Shown here piece by piece: positions 41,927-49,202 of a stretch of 64,000 bases of DNA. Both the position numbers and the translations under genes were made by a program. The notes under the pieces were generated by a model. It did no database searches, had not been told where the DNA came from, and worked only from the letters and a program-made list of their open reading frames with translations. Source of the DNA: an uncultured Gemmataceae bacterium (GTDB lineage: Bacteria; Planctomycetota; Planctomycetia; Gemmatales; Gemmataceae); contig CAVVPN010000004.1 of NCBI GenBank assembly GCA_963750165.1, positions 1,152,001-1,216,000 on the forward strand, given 5' to 3'. How positions within the stretch are numbered: the first letter of the stretch is position 1; every line of letters begins with the position of its first letter.

Positions 41927-42448
41927 TCACGGCCCCCAACGTCCGCAGCAGCCGCTTGTTCGGGGTTGATCGCCGACCTGTTCCGCTTTCGTCGTTACAT
42001 CCGTGGCCGCTGGTTCAGCGGCAGGCCACAGCGGCTCATCCGCTTCATCGTACAGGACCCCACAGTTGACGGACACCACCCGGCCGAACTCGACCTGCAA
42101 CTCCACCCAGTTGCGGGGGTAGAAGAAGGTTTCCAGAGAGCCGTAGTCGTCGTGTTCGGGCTCCTCCCCCAGCACCGCCGAGACGAGGGCAAGCACCGAG
42201 GCAATCGGCTCACCCACGACTCGGTGCCCGAATAGGGTGGCATCCGGGCTATGCACTTCAACCCAGCCGAAGCGGTCACCGTTGTCCGGCTCAATCGAGA
42301 ACTCGGTCCGCGAGCCGAAATACTGCAACCGAAGTGCGTTGGAGTCCGTGCGGTATCGCTTGTCAGGCGGACCGAGGACGCAGACCAACTCCGGCTCGGT
42401 GAGGCCGAAGAGGAGTTGTCCCACGCTTTTGCCCGGACGGATCTCCAT
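41927..42448 (-). CDS. Hypothetical cassette protein
   Basis: GGAGG RBS; MEIRPGKSVGQLLFGLT start. Confidence 0.7.
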   Translation of the reverse strand: MEIRPGKSVGQLLFGLTEPELVCVLGPPDKRYRTDSNALRLQYFGSRTEFSIEPDNGDRFGWVEVHSPDATLFGHRVVGEPIASVLALVSAVLGEEPEHDDYGSLETFFYPRNWVELQVEFGRVVSVNCGVLYDEADEPLWPAAEPAATDVTTKAEQVGDQPRTSGCCGRWGP

Positions 42449-42575
42449 CTACTCGCCTCCGCCCCCCGAACGACTGCGTTCACCTGCCGGGCCGCCTGCA
42501 ACGGCGTGGTGTCGCGGAAAACCAGAATGGCGGCCCGGTCAGGTGCAACGCTTGGTTCGCAGTGCCTCGCCTCCT

Positions 42576-42875
42576 CTACGCTTGTACTCCAACTTCGGTG
42601 AATTCCTCGCCGTCTTCGATGGCGCGAATGCTCTTCACCGGCCGAAACGAGAAATGGTACTTGCCATCCTCGTGTAGATCGTAGGCGCTCGGTGGACCAG
42701 TACCGAACACGAGCGATTCCTCGACTTGCCAATCATCGCCTCTCGACGTGGAGCGTGCGATGAATTTTCTTCCAAGGCAGCCCTCCAACAGTGTTCCGGC
42801 GACGAGCACCAGCTCCCGTTGCTGAATCACCGCTGCGACATTCACACGGATGCGAACAAGCGGCTCGTTTTGCAT
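42576..42875 (-). CDS. Small hypothetical protein (second gene of a two-gene cassette)
   Basis: 99 aa; no attC between it and 42891. Confidence 0.5.
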   Translation of the reverse strand: MQNEPLVRIRVNVAAVIQQRELVLVAGTLLEGCLGRKFIARSTSRGDDWQVEESLVFGTGPPSAYDLHEDGKYHFSFRPVKSIRAIEDGEEFTEVGVQA

Positions 42876-42890
42876 TACGCACCCAGACGG

Positions 42891-43094
42891 CTAACCCTCT
42901 CCGACACCGAGATCGTCCAACGCCTTGTCAATCTCGGGATGGACGCGGCGAAGGTCCGTCCCGTCCATGTCGCAACGCTGAAAGAAATCGATCAAATCGC
43001 GCACAAACTCGGCACGGAAATCATCTTCCGGAACGTTCCGCTGGATCAACGGCCACATTTCGCGGAACAGCTTTGCGCCAGCACGCCAGCTCAT
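42891..43094 (-). CDS. Small acidic hypothetical protein
   Basis: MSWRAGAKLFREMW; GGAG RBS. Confidence 0.6.
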   Translation of the reverse strand: MSWRAGAKLFREMWPLIQRNVPEDDFRAEFVRDLIDFFQRCDMDGTDLRRVHPEIDKALDDLGVGEG

Positions 43095-43230
43095 GACCGA
43101 AGCTCCAGGGAAAGCACTCGCCGAGTCTGCGAACGACACCGTTCACCTGCCGCGGCGGCTGGTGAGACGTTGAACCCTGAAAAACCGTCGTGCCGCCGCG
43201 GTCAGGTGCAACGGCTGGTTCGCGTTGACT

Positions 43231-43869
43231 TCACGCCGGTGGCAGACCCCAAAGTTTGCCGATCTCATCGGGGAAGCGCCACCAAGTCCGCAGGGATTCC
43301 ATTCTTTCCCAGCCTACGTTCTCACGCCAGGACTCGATCCACGAGGAGAGCATGTACAACGGCTGCGGCGGTCTCCAGTATATCCAACTTCGTACAGCGA
43401 CGGCAGTGCGGACCGGACCAGCGTTGGCACCAAAGAACCCGCACATGCGCCCGATGTCAAAAAACTGGCGAACAATGATTGGGGAGTAGCCATAGATGGA
43501 AGCGCGGTGTCGCGTCGGTTCATTGCACATCCATGCGCCACCTGAATCCATTACGTATCGGTTCCACTCGGGCGATCGCTCAGATTCCCAGAGTTGGCCA
43601 CCGCTTGGCGTCAACTCGACGGACCGATCCGTCTTCGACCACGGGCTTGAATAGTCCCGGCCAGTTGTCCAACCCAGCTTCTCGAAACGATCCAGCGTGC
43701 TAAACAGCGTGACATCGTCAAGACCGTGACAGGGGCGGTTGTATTGCTCCCCAAAGAACTCTGATCGGTACGACGCGCGGCTGCCCCACCGCCAGACAGC
43801 TTGGTCGAGCAATTCAAGCTCAGCGTCCGTCAGGCCGGAGACGCCCGTTCGACGACTTGTGTCTGCCAT
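43231..43869 (-). CDS. Hypothetical cassette protein
   Basis: Fills cassette. Confidence 0.7.
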   Translation of the reverse strand: MADTSRRTGVSGLTDAELELLDQAVWRWGSRASYRSEFFGEQYNRPCHGLDDVTLFSTLDRFEKLGWTTGRDYSSPWSKTDRSVELTPSGGQLWESERSPEWNRYVMDSGGAWMCNEPTRHRASIYGYSPIIVRQFFDIGRMCGFFGANAGPVRTAVAVRSWIYWRPPQPLYMLSSWIESWRENVGWERMESLRTWWRFPDEIGKLWGLPPA

Positions 43870-43991
43870 GTCTCATCGGGACGAACCCGAAAACGCGAAC
43901 GACCCAGCTCAGCAGCGGCGGGGGCCGAGTGAGCTACAAGTCTGGGAAAGCCTACCTGCCCCCGCCGTCTGCTGCAGCGCCTGGTTCGGCG

Positions 43992-44390
43992 TCAGGGCCA
44001 CCCCGCGCGAACTCGAACTCGTCCTCGTGGCAGTAGAACAGCGCCACCCGCCGGCGGCCGGGAAGATAACCACGTCGTCCCGCGACGGGCAGAACATGTC
44101 CTGCCAGCGGTCGAGGAACAGCGGGGCGGGCATTTGGAACACCTCGTCCCGGCCGAACACCACCAGTAACTTGCCGCCACCGACCCGCTCGGCCAGCCAC
44201 CGCCGCGCCTCCGGCCCCGGATCCTCCACATCCAGCCGCTCGATGTCAGCGAACGCCGTCTCGCTCAACCCGTACCGCGACTGGCTGGAGCAGTCCCACG
44301 CGTGGCGGAAGGCGGTGAGGGCATCCGCGTCGCTCAGGGGGACGATCTCGGGGCCGAACGCTACCAGTTCCGAGTGCCGCCAACCCACCG
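43992..44390 (-). CDS. Hypothetical cassette protein (frameshift near 3' end)
   Basis: Fills cassette; boundaries approximate. Confidence 0.5.
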
Positions 44391-44536
44391 CACGCCTCCG
44401 CCGCCGAACTACCCAGTTCACGTGCGGGCCACTCGACTGGGCGTGTCGGTTTAGACTCAGTTGGCCCGTCACGTGCAACATCTGGTTCGGGCCGGTTTCT
44501 CAAAACGACTCCCGACCCCTTTTCTTATTTTCCTCT

Positions 44537-45418
44537 CTATTTCTTATACCTGTCGTTCACACACTTCGCCGCGTCCTTGACTGGCGGCAGACTCCCGCCT
44601 CGCTCGGCGAGGTTTTCGACCAACGCGCAGATGCCTGCGGAGGTAATGCGGTAGTTGACCTCGAGGCGTCCGACCACGTCTACGGTAATTTCCTCGACCA
44701 TTCCCAGGTCTATGAGTCCGGGGACTCGTTCGCCACCTGTCGAGTTGTGACCTCCGTTCAGCGCGCGGCAAAGAGTTCCGCTGAACTCGGTGTAACCGAC
44801 CCGCTCGTTGAGGGCGGCGCGGTTGTAGGTCGGCCAGTCGGTGCAGTGGTCGTCCCGGTCTCTAGGGCAAAGCGCGTGGAGGACGCGGATCTGCGGGGTA
44901 AGTAACTTCCGGTTCGTAGCGACGCCCTTGACGGCGCCCTCCAGGTTCGCTTCGATGACCTTGATGGCGTCAACGATTTTCTTGAATAGGGCCTTTTCCT
45001 TCTCGTCGGTTTTTTCCAGCATATCCTTTGCCCGGAGTTTGTCTTCCTCCGCTTTCTTGGCGAGATCGACTGCTGCTTTCTTGGCCGCCTGGACCTCCCG
45101 AGCTTCTTCGCAGAGCTTCGCATTCGCCTCGCTCAGCACGGACACACCTGTGTCGGGCGCGGACTCCTCCCGAGCTTCTTCGTCGAGTTTCGCCTCCGCC
45201 TCAACCTCGTCGAGCTTCGGCTTCGCCTCGTCGATTACCTCGACCACGATCTTGTTGCCCGTGTCAATTATCCTGACGCGCACCCCGCAGCTCGACGCGT
45301 AGTTGCGAATCATCTGAGCCATTGTCGATTGCGAGCAGTCGTAGTGGACACCGCTAACTAGTTTGGTTAGCGGCTTGCTGAACCACTCCTCCCACGGATA
45401 CTTCCGTTTAGCTGCCAC
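44537..45418 (-). CDS. Hypothetical protein with central coiled coil
   Basis: 293 aa; GGAGG RBS; repeated EAKLDEE segments. Confidence 0.75.
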   Translation of the reverse strand: MAAKRKYPWEEWFSKPLTKLVSGVHYDCSQSTMAQMIRNYASSCGVRVRIIDTGNKIVVEVIDEAKPKLDEVEAEAKLDEEAREESAPDTGVSVLSEANAKLCEEAREVQAAKKAAVDLAKKAEEDKLRAKDMLEKTDEKEKALFKKIVDAIKVIEANLEGAVKGVATNRKLLTPQIRVLHALCPRDRDDHCTDWPTYNRAALNERVGYTEFSGTLCRALNGGHNSTGGERVPGLIDLGMVEEITVDVVGRLEVNYRITSAGICALVENLAERGGSLPPVKDAAKCVNDRYKK

Positions 45419-45581
45419 CCACCGGTCCTCCCCTTTGGGAAGAAAAAGGGGTCCAGTTAATTTTGTACGTTAACTGGTCTCGAAACTCCCAAAAATCTAA
45501 CCTGACCCCTTTTCCCTTCCTTTAAACCCGAACGATTCAGTTCACCGGCTGCGGCGGCTGGTGAGACTTTGAACCTTGATT

Positions 45582-45902
45582 TCACGTGATGCCGCCGCAG
45601 TCAGGTGCAATTGATGGTTCGGCGTCTTGGCCACCGGGCAGAGACCGCAAGAATCGCCGCAACTCAGCGACAACCACCGATACCTGCTCGGTATCAATGA
45701 ACTCTTCCTCGCCGACCGAGCAATGAGCGACAACGAGCCGATGGCACAAGCGCCGCGACTCGTGAACCTCCCGCAGACCGATCCGCTCCAGTCCCTCCAT
45801 GTGTGACTCGATGAATCGCTCCACCTGCTCCGACGACAGCCGACCCGCCTCGTACTCGTCGACGGCGTGAAGCATCCGGCTGATCAGGGACGCAATAGCC
45901 AT
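45582..45902 (-). CDS. Hypothetical cassette protein
   Basis: Fills cassette and reads into attC. Confidence 0.65.
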   Translation of the reverse strand: MAIASLISRMLHAVDEYEAGRLSSEQVERFIESHMEGLERIGLREVHESRRLCHRLVVAHCSVGEEEFIDTEQVSVVVAELRRFLRSLPGGQDAEPSIAPDCGGIT

Positions 45903-46018
45903 CGGTGCGCCCTCTTTCCCGAACGACCAAGCTCAGTGGGCGCGGCGGCTCGGCGAGCTTGAAGTCTGAAAAGCGCCAATGCCGCCGCGGTCCACTGCAG
46001 TTCCTGGGGCGGCGTGTA

Positions 46019-46315
46019 TTACCTGGGGTGGCAAGCCCACCGCCACTCCTCCGGCACGCCGGCCAGCTCCTCCACCTCGGCCAAGTCCCACTCAGCGGTC
46101 CCGCACAGCGGGCAAGGGAACGGGCCGGTGTCGGCCCTGTCCCGCAACAGGCTGACCCGCCGGGAGAGGTCGGCGGGGTCGAGGTACAGGTCGGACAGCT
46201 CGTCGTCCTCGACGCAGTACCCGCCGCAACAGGTGGTCCGGTGCAAGCGGTAGTCCGAGTTGCTGCACCCGGCCCCGCCCCGCTTCTCGAACCGGTACTT
46301 ATCGATGACTCCCAT
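46019..46315 (-). CDS. First cassette: small Cys-rich protein
   Basis: TCCGGYC and CPLCG motifs; directly after attI. Confidence 0.7.
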   Translation of the reverse strand: MGVIDKYRFEKRGGAGCSNSDYRLHRTTCCGGYCVEDDELSDLYLDPADLSRRVSLLRDRADTGPFPCPLCGTAEWDLAEVEELAGVPEEWRWACHPR

Positions 46316-46331
46316 CGTCCACTTCCGCGCC

Positions 46332-46432
46332 GCCGAACCTCTGATTATAGTGCGCTCTGCGCAACGTAGCACGGCCAAGCGCAACGTAGCAAGGGCATGC
46401 GCAACGTAGCACGGCCATGCGCAACGTAGCAA
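46332..46432 (-). other. attI site with four direct repeats
   Basis: Minus strand reads CTATAAT-CAGAG-G|TTCGGC at the array start. GCGCAACGTAGCA recurs at a 20-bp period (GCAACGTAGC at 46361, 46381, 46401, 46421). Confidence 0.85.
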
Positions 46433-46585
46433 AGGGAACGCGTTTCCCATCGCCTTTTTCTTGTACCCTCCCTCCGCGGTTCGGACAAGGAAAAAAAATT
46501 CCGCAGCGGCGTTTTTTCCTGGCACCGCCTGGCACACGCCCGTACACTAACGATAATATGCATTCCTGGTTGGAGGAGATCAGCC

Positions 46586-47911
46586 ATGTCGCCGGAAACC
46601 GTACCCCAACCGCCTCGTCTGCTCGATCAACTTCGCCAGGCAGCGTTGACCCAGTTCGGCCGACCGGAACCCGGCGAGCGTTACGCGCGCTGGGCGACCC
46701 GATTTATCCTCTTCCACCACAAGCGCCACCCCCGCGACCTCGGCGCCGACGAGGTGCAGCACTTCCTCGAACACGTTGGCAAAACCGAAGAGCGGCCGGT
46801 GGACGCCCTCTTCGCGGCGCGCGAAGCCCTGGCCTTCCTGTATCAACAGGTGCTGGGCATCCCCCTGGAGGAAGTTCGCCTGCCCGAACCGCCCCGCCTG
46901 CTGGAGCGGGTGCGGTTGGCCCTGCGCGTGCGGCACTACTCCCCGGCCACGGAAAATTGCTACGTCACCTGGGCGGAACGCTTCATCCGCTTCCACCACC
47001 TGCGCCACCCCCGCGACATGGGGGCCGCGGAGGTCAACGCCTTCCTGACCCACCTGGCGGTCCAGGAGCGGGTCGCCGCCAGCACCCAGAACCAGGCCCT
47101 GAATGCCCTGGTCTTCCTGTTCCAGCAGGTGCTCGATCTGGACCTGGGCCGGTTAGAGGCGGTGCGGGCGCGGCGGCCGAAGCGCCTGCCGGTGGTCCTG
47201 GCCCCCGAAGAAGTCCGGCGCGTGCTGGAAGCCGTCACGGGAGGTTCCGGGGTGCTGCGACTCATGGCCAGCCTGCTGTACGGCGCCGGGTTGCGCCGGG
47301 CCGAGTGTTGTGGCCTGCGCGTGCAGGACGTGGACCTGGCCCGCAAGCAAATCATGGTCCGCCACGGCAAGGGGGGCAAGGATCGGATCGTCATGTTGCC
47401 GAAATCCCTGGTGCCGGAGCTGGAAAAGCAGCTGGGGTCGCGGCGGGCGCTGCACGACCGCGACCTGGCCCGCGGCGTGGCCCGGGTGGCCCTGCCCACG
47501 GCCTTCGGCCGGAAATTCCCGAGGGCGGCCCAGGAGTTCGGCTGGCAATTCCTGTTCGCCTCGCGCCAACTATCCACCGACCCCAGGACGGGGGACACGG
47601 GCCGCCATCACCTCCACGAAGGGGTGCTGGCGCGGGCCATGACCCAGGCCCGGCGGCGGGCCGGCGTGAACCGCCAGGTGGGCTGCCACACCCTGCGGCA
47701 CAGCTTCGCCACCCACCTCGTCGAGCGCGGCGTCGATCTGCGCACCATTCAGGTCCTGCTGGGCCACGAGAGCGTGGAAACCACCATGATCTACACGCAC
47801 GTCGCCCGCCAGGGCCCGCCCGGCGTCACCAGCCCGCTCGACCTGCTCCACGACCTCACCGACGCCGACGTCCGGGCCGCCTGCGACGCCAACGGGCGAC
47901 TGACCCCCTGA
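46586..47911 (+). CDS. intI: Integron integrase with duplicated N-terminal domain
   Basis: YGAGLR, GKGGKDR, HTLRHSFATH, LLGH and TMIYTHV motifs, plus the IntI-specific insert VALPTAFGRKFPRAAQEFGWQFLF; GGAGG RBS. Confidence 0.97.
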   Translation: MSPETVPQPPRLLDQLRQAALTQFGRPEPGERYARWATRFILFHHKRHPRDLGADEVQHFLEHVGKTEERPVDALFAAREALAFLYQQVLGIPLEEVRLPEPPRLLERVRLALRVRHYSPATENCYVTWAERFIRFHHLRHPRDMGAAEVNAFLTHLAVQERVAASTQNQALNALVFLFQQVLDLDLGRLEAVRARRPKRLPVVLAPEEVRRVLEAVTGGSGVLRLMASLLYGAGLRRAECCGLRVQDVDLARKQIMVRHGKGGKDRIVMLPKSLVPELEKQLGSRRALHDRDLARGVARVALPTAFGRKFPRAAQEFGWQFLFASRQLSTDPRTGDTGRHHLHEGVLARAMTQARRRAGVNRQVGCHTLRHSFATHLVERGVDLRTIQVLLGHESVETTMIYTHVARQGPPGVTSPLDLLHDLTDADVRAACDANGRLTP

Positions 47912-47953
47912 ACCGACCTTCCCAGCGCCCGCCCCGTCTGCGAAAATGCAGGG

Positions 47954-49117
47954 GTGGGCTGTTCTCCCTTCCCCCTCCCTTCTCCCTTCCAGTGTCCCCA
48001 TGCAACCGACCCCCTCCCCGCCCCGCGGCGCCGCGCCGCCCATCGCCGACATCCCCGCACAAACGTTTCAGTGGCTGGTGCCCGGCTGGCTGCGCGCGGC
48101 GTGCTGACCCTGCTCGACGGCGACCCCGGCGTCGGCAAGTCCACGCTCGCCGTCGAGCTGGCCGCCCACGTCAGCCGCGGCACCAGCATCGTCGTGCCGC
48201 CGCCCGTCCTGCCCGAGCCGCCGCCCTACTATGGCGACCGGCCGCGCGAGCAAAAACGACCGCCGGCGCCGCCGCCGCCCGCGCCGCCACGGCCGCCCGC
48301 GGGTGTGCTGCTGCTATCCGCCGAGGACGACCCCGCCCGCGTGATCCGGCCGCGCCTGGAAGCCGCCGGCGCTGATCTGCAGCGCGTCTTCGTCCTCGAC
48401 CACCTGCCCGGCCGCGGCGACCAGCCCGTGCAGCTGCCCCGGGACGTGGCGGCGCTGCGGAAGATCATCGAGCGGCAGGGGGTGGCGCTGCTGGTCATCG
48501 ACCCGCTGATGGCGTACCTGGGGCGCGGCATCAACGTCGCCAGCGACCCCCACGTGCGGCGGGCGCTGCACCGGCTCAAGGTGCTGGCGGAGCAGACGCA
48601 GTGTGCCCTGCTCATCATCCGCCACCTGAACAAGACGGCGCACCTGCCGGCGCTGTACCGCGGCGGCGGCAGCATTGGCATCCTGGGGGCGTGCCGGCTG
48701 GCGCTGGTCGTGGGCAAGGACCCGACCGACGAAAACCGCCGCGTGCTGGCCATGAACAAGTGCAACCTGTCCGAGCGGCCGCCGAGCCTGTGCTTTCATC
48801 TGGAGGCGCGCGGCACGGCGTCGGCGCTGGTCTGGGACGGCGCATGCGACTGGACGGCGGAGGAGGTGTTGACGCGCGTGTCGGACGAGGTGGCCGAGCA
48901 GCTCAGCCGTGTGGACGAGTGCGCCGCCTTCATCCGCCAGTTGCTGGAGACAAATGGCGAGATGTGGTCGCGCGATCTGGAGAGCTGGTGCAGGTCGCAA
49001 CGGTTTGCGGAGCGGACGATCATTCGGGCGCAAGAAACTGCCGCTCAAGGTCACCAAGGATGCCTACCTGGGCTGGAAGCTCGAATTGAAACCGGAGGCC
49101 AGGGCGGCAAATCTTGA
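47954..49117 (+). CDS. AAA-family ATPase (RepA/AAA_25-like; likely frameshifts near both ends)
   Basis: Walker A GDPGVGKS, LLSAEDD, LLVIDPL and IIRHLNK motifs. Confidence 0.85.
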   Translation: MGCSPFPLPSPFQCPHATDPLPAPRRRAAHRRHPRTNVSVAGARLAARGVLTLLDGDPGVGKSTLAVELAAHVSRGTSIVVPPPVLPEPPPYYGDRPREQKRPPAPPPPAPPRPPAGVLLLSAEDDPARVIRPRLEAAGADLQRVFVLDHLPGRGDQPVQLPRDVAALRKIIERQGVALLVIDPLMAYLGRGINVASDPHVRRALHRLKVLAEQTQCALLIIRHLNKTAHLPALYRGGGSIGILGACRLALVVGKDPTDENRRVLAMNKCNLSERPPSLCFHLEARGTASALVWDGACDWTAEEVLTRVSDEVAEQLSRVDECAAFIRQLLETNGEMWSRDLESWCRSQRFAERTIIRAQETAAQGHQGCLPGLEARIETGGQGGKS

Positions 49118-49161
49118 CGTATGAAAAAGTTGGCTCCCTTGGCTCCCTTGGCTCCCTTGCT
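49108..49161. repeat. 54-bp dispersed repeat containing (TTGGCTCCC)3
   Basis: 53/54 identical to 60442-60495. Confidence 0.85.
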
Positions 49162-49202
49162 GCGAAACGCCAGGCCGTTCGGTGACCCGCGTTGCCAGCG
49201 GT

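Larger units (their letters stand above)
1..46338 (-). mobile_element. Integron gene-cassette array (about 52 attC sites; continues past left edge)
   Basis: Imperfect palindromes of about 88-113 bp bounded by nnnnAAC...GTTnnnn separate single minus-strand genes. They lie at 293-382, 1233-1321, 2313-2403, 6148-6236, 6991-7079, 7649-7743, 8217-8317, 9311-9409, 9840-9929, 10693-10782, 11239-11335, 11929-12017, 12988-13084, 13636-13729, 14499-14597, 16555-16649, 17035-17083 (half), 17432-17521, 18111-18199, 18961-19050, 19750-19839, 20292-20388, 21393-21482, 22010-22109, 22549-22645, 23038-23150, 23287-23379, 23721-23820, 24260-24349, 25068-25166, 25779-25868, 26647-26735, 27334-27430, 27826-29453 (split by IS), 30003-30101, 30545-30633, 32818-32918, 33604-33693, 34314-35939 (split by IS), 36534-36632, 37090-37178, 38796-38860 (half), 39401-39489, 40245-40333, 40828-40925, 41867-41964, 42465-42561, 43128-43224, 43894-43990, 44403-44491, 45527-45623 and 45918-46013. 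A divergent intI is adjacent. Confidence 0.97.

Noticed and set aside
42576..43094. Two-gene cassette as a toxin-antitoxin pair
   Set aside because: The sizes fit, but I recognise no toxin or antitoxin motif.
152..44481. Recurrent short peptides such as WPVRSSTWFG / PNQVLLRTGH in many ORFs
   Set aside because: These are translations of attC sequence, not a protein family.
293..46013. Recurrent palindromic repeats read as a CRISPR array
   Set aside because: The repeats are about 90-110 bp and variable, the intervening DNA is gene-sized, there are no cas genes, and an intI is adjacent.
46500..46585. LexA box or defined promoter for intI
   Set aside because: No CTGT-N8-ACAG is present, and only weak -10-like hexamers (TACACT, GATAAT) are seen; not supportable.
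46417..48375. Long alternative-frame or antisense ORFs (652 aa here; also 49182-50960, 30992-32383 and the 5' part of 55345-58020)
   Set aside because: They are low-complexity shadow frames of recognisable genes in high-GC DNA.
47954..49117. AAA/RepA-like ATPase as a sign of a prophage or ICE carrying the integron
   Set aside because: No other phage or conjugation genes are present, and housekeeping ilvB follows directly.
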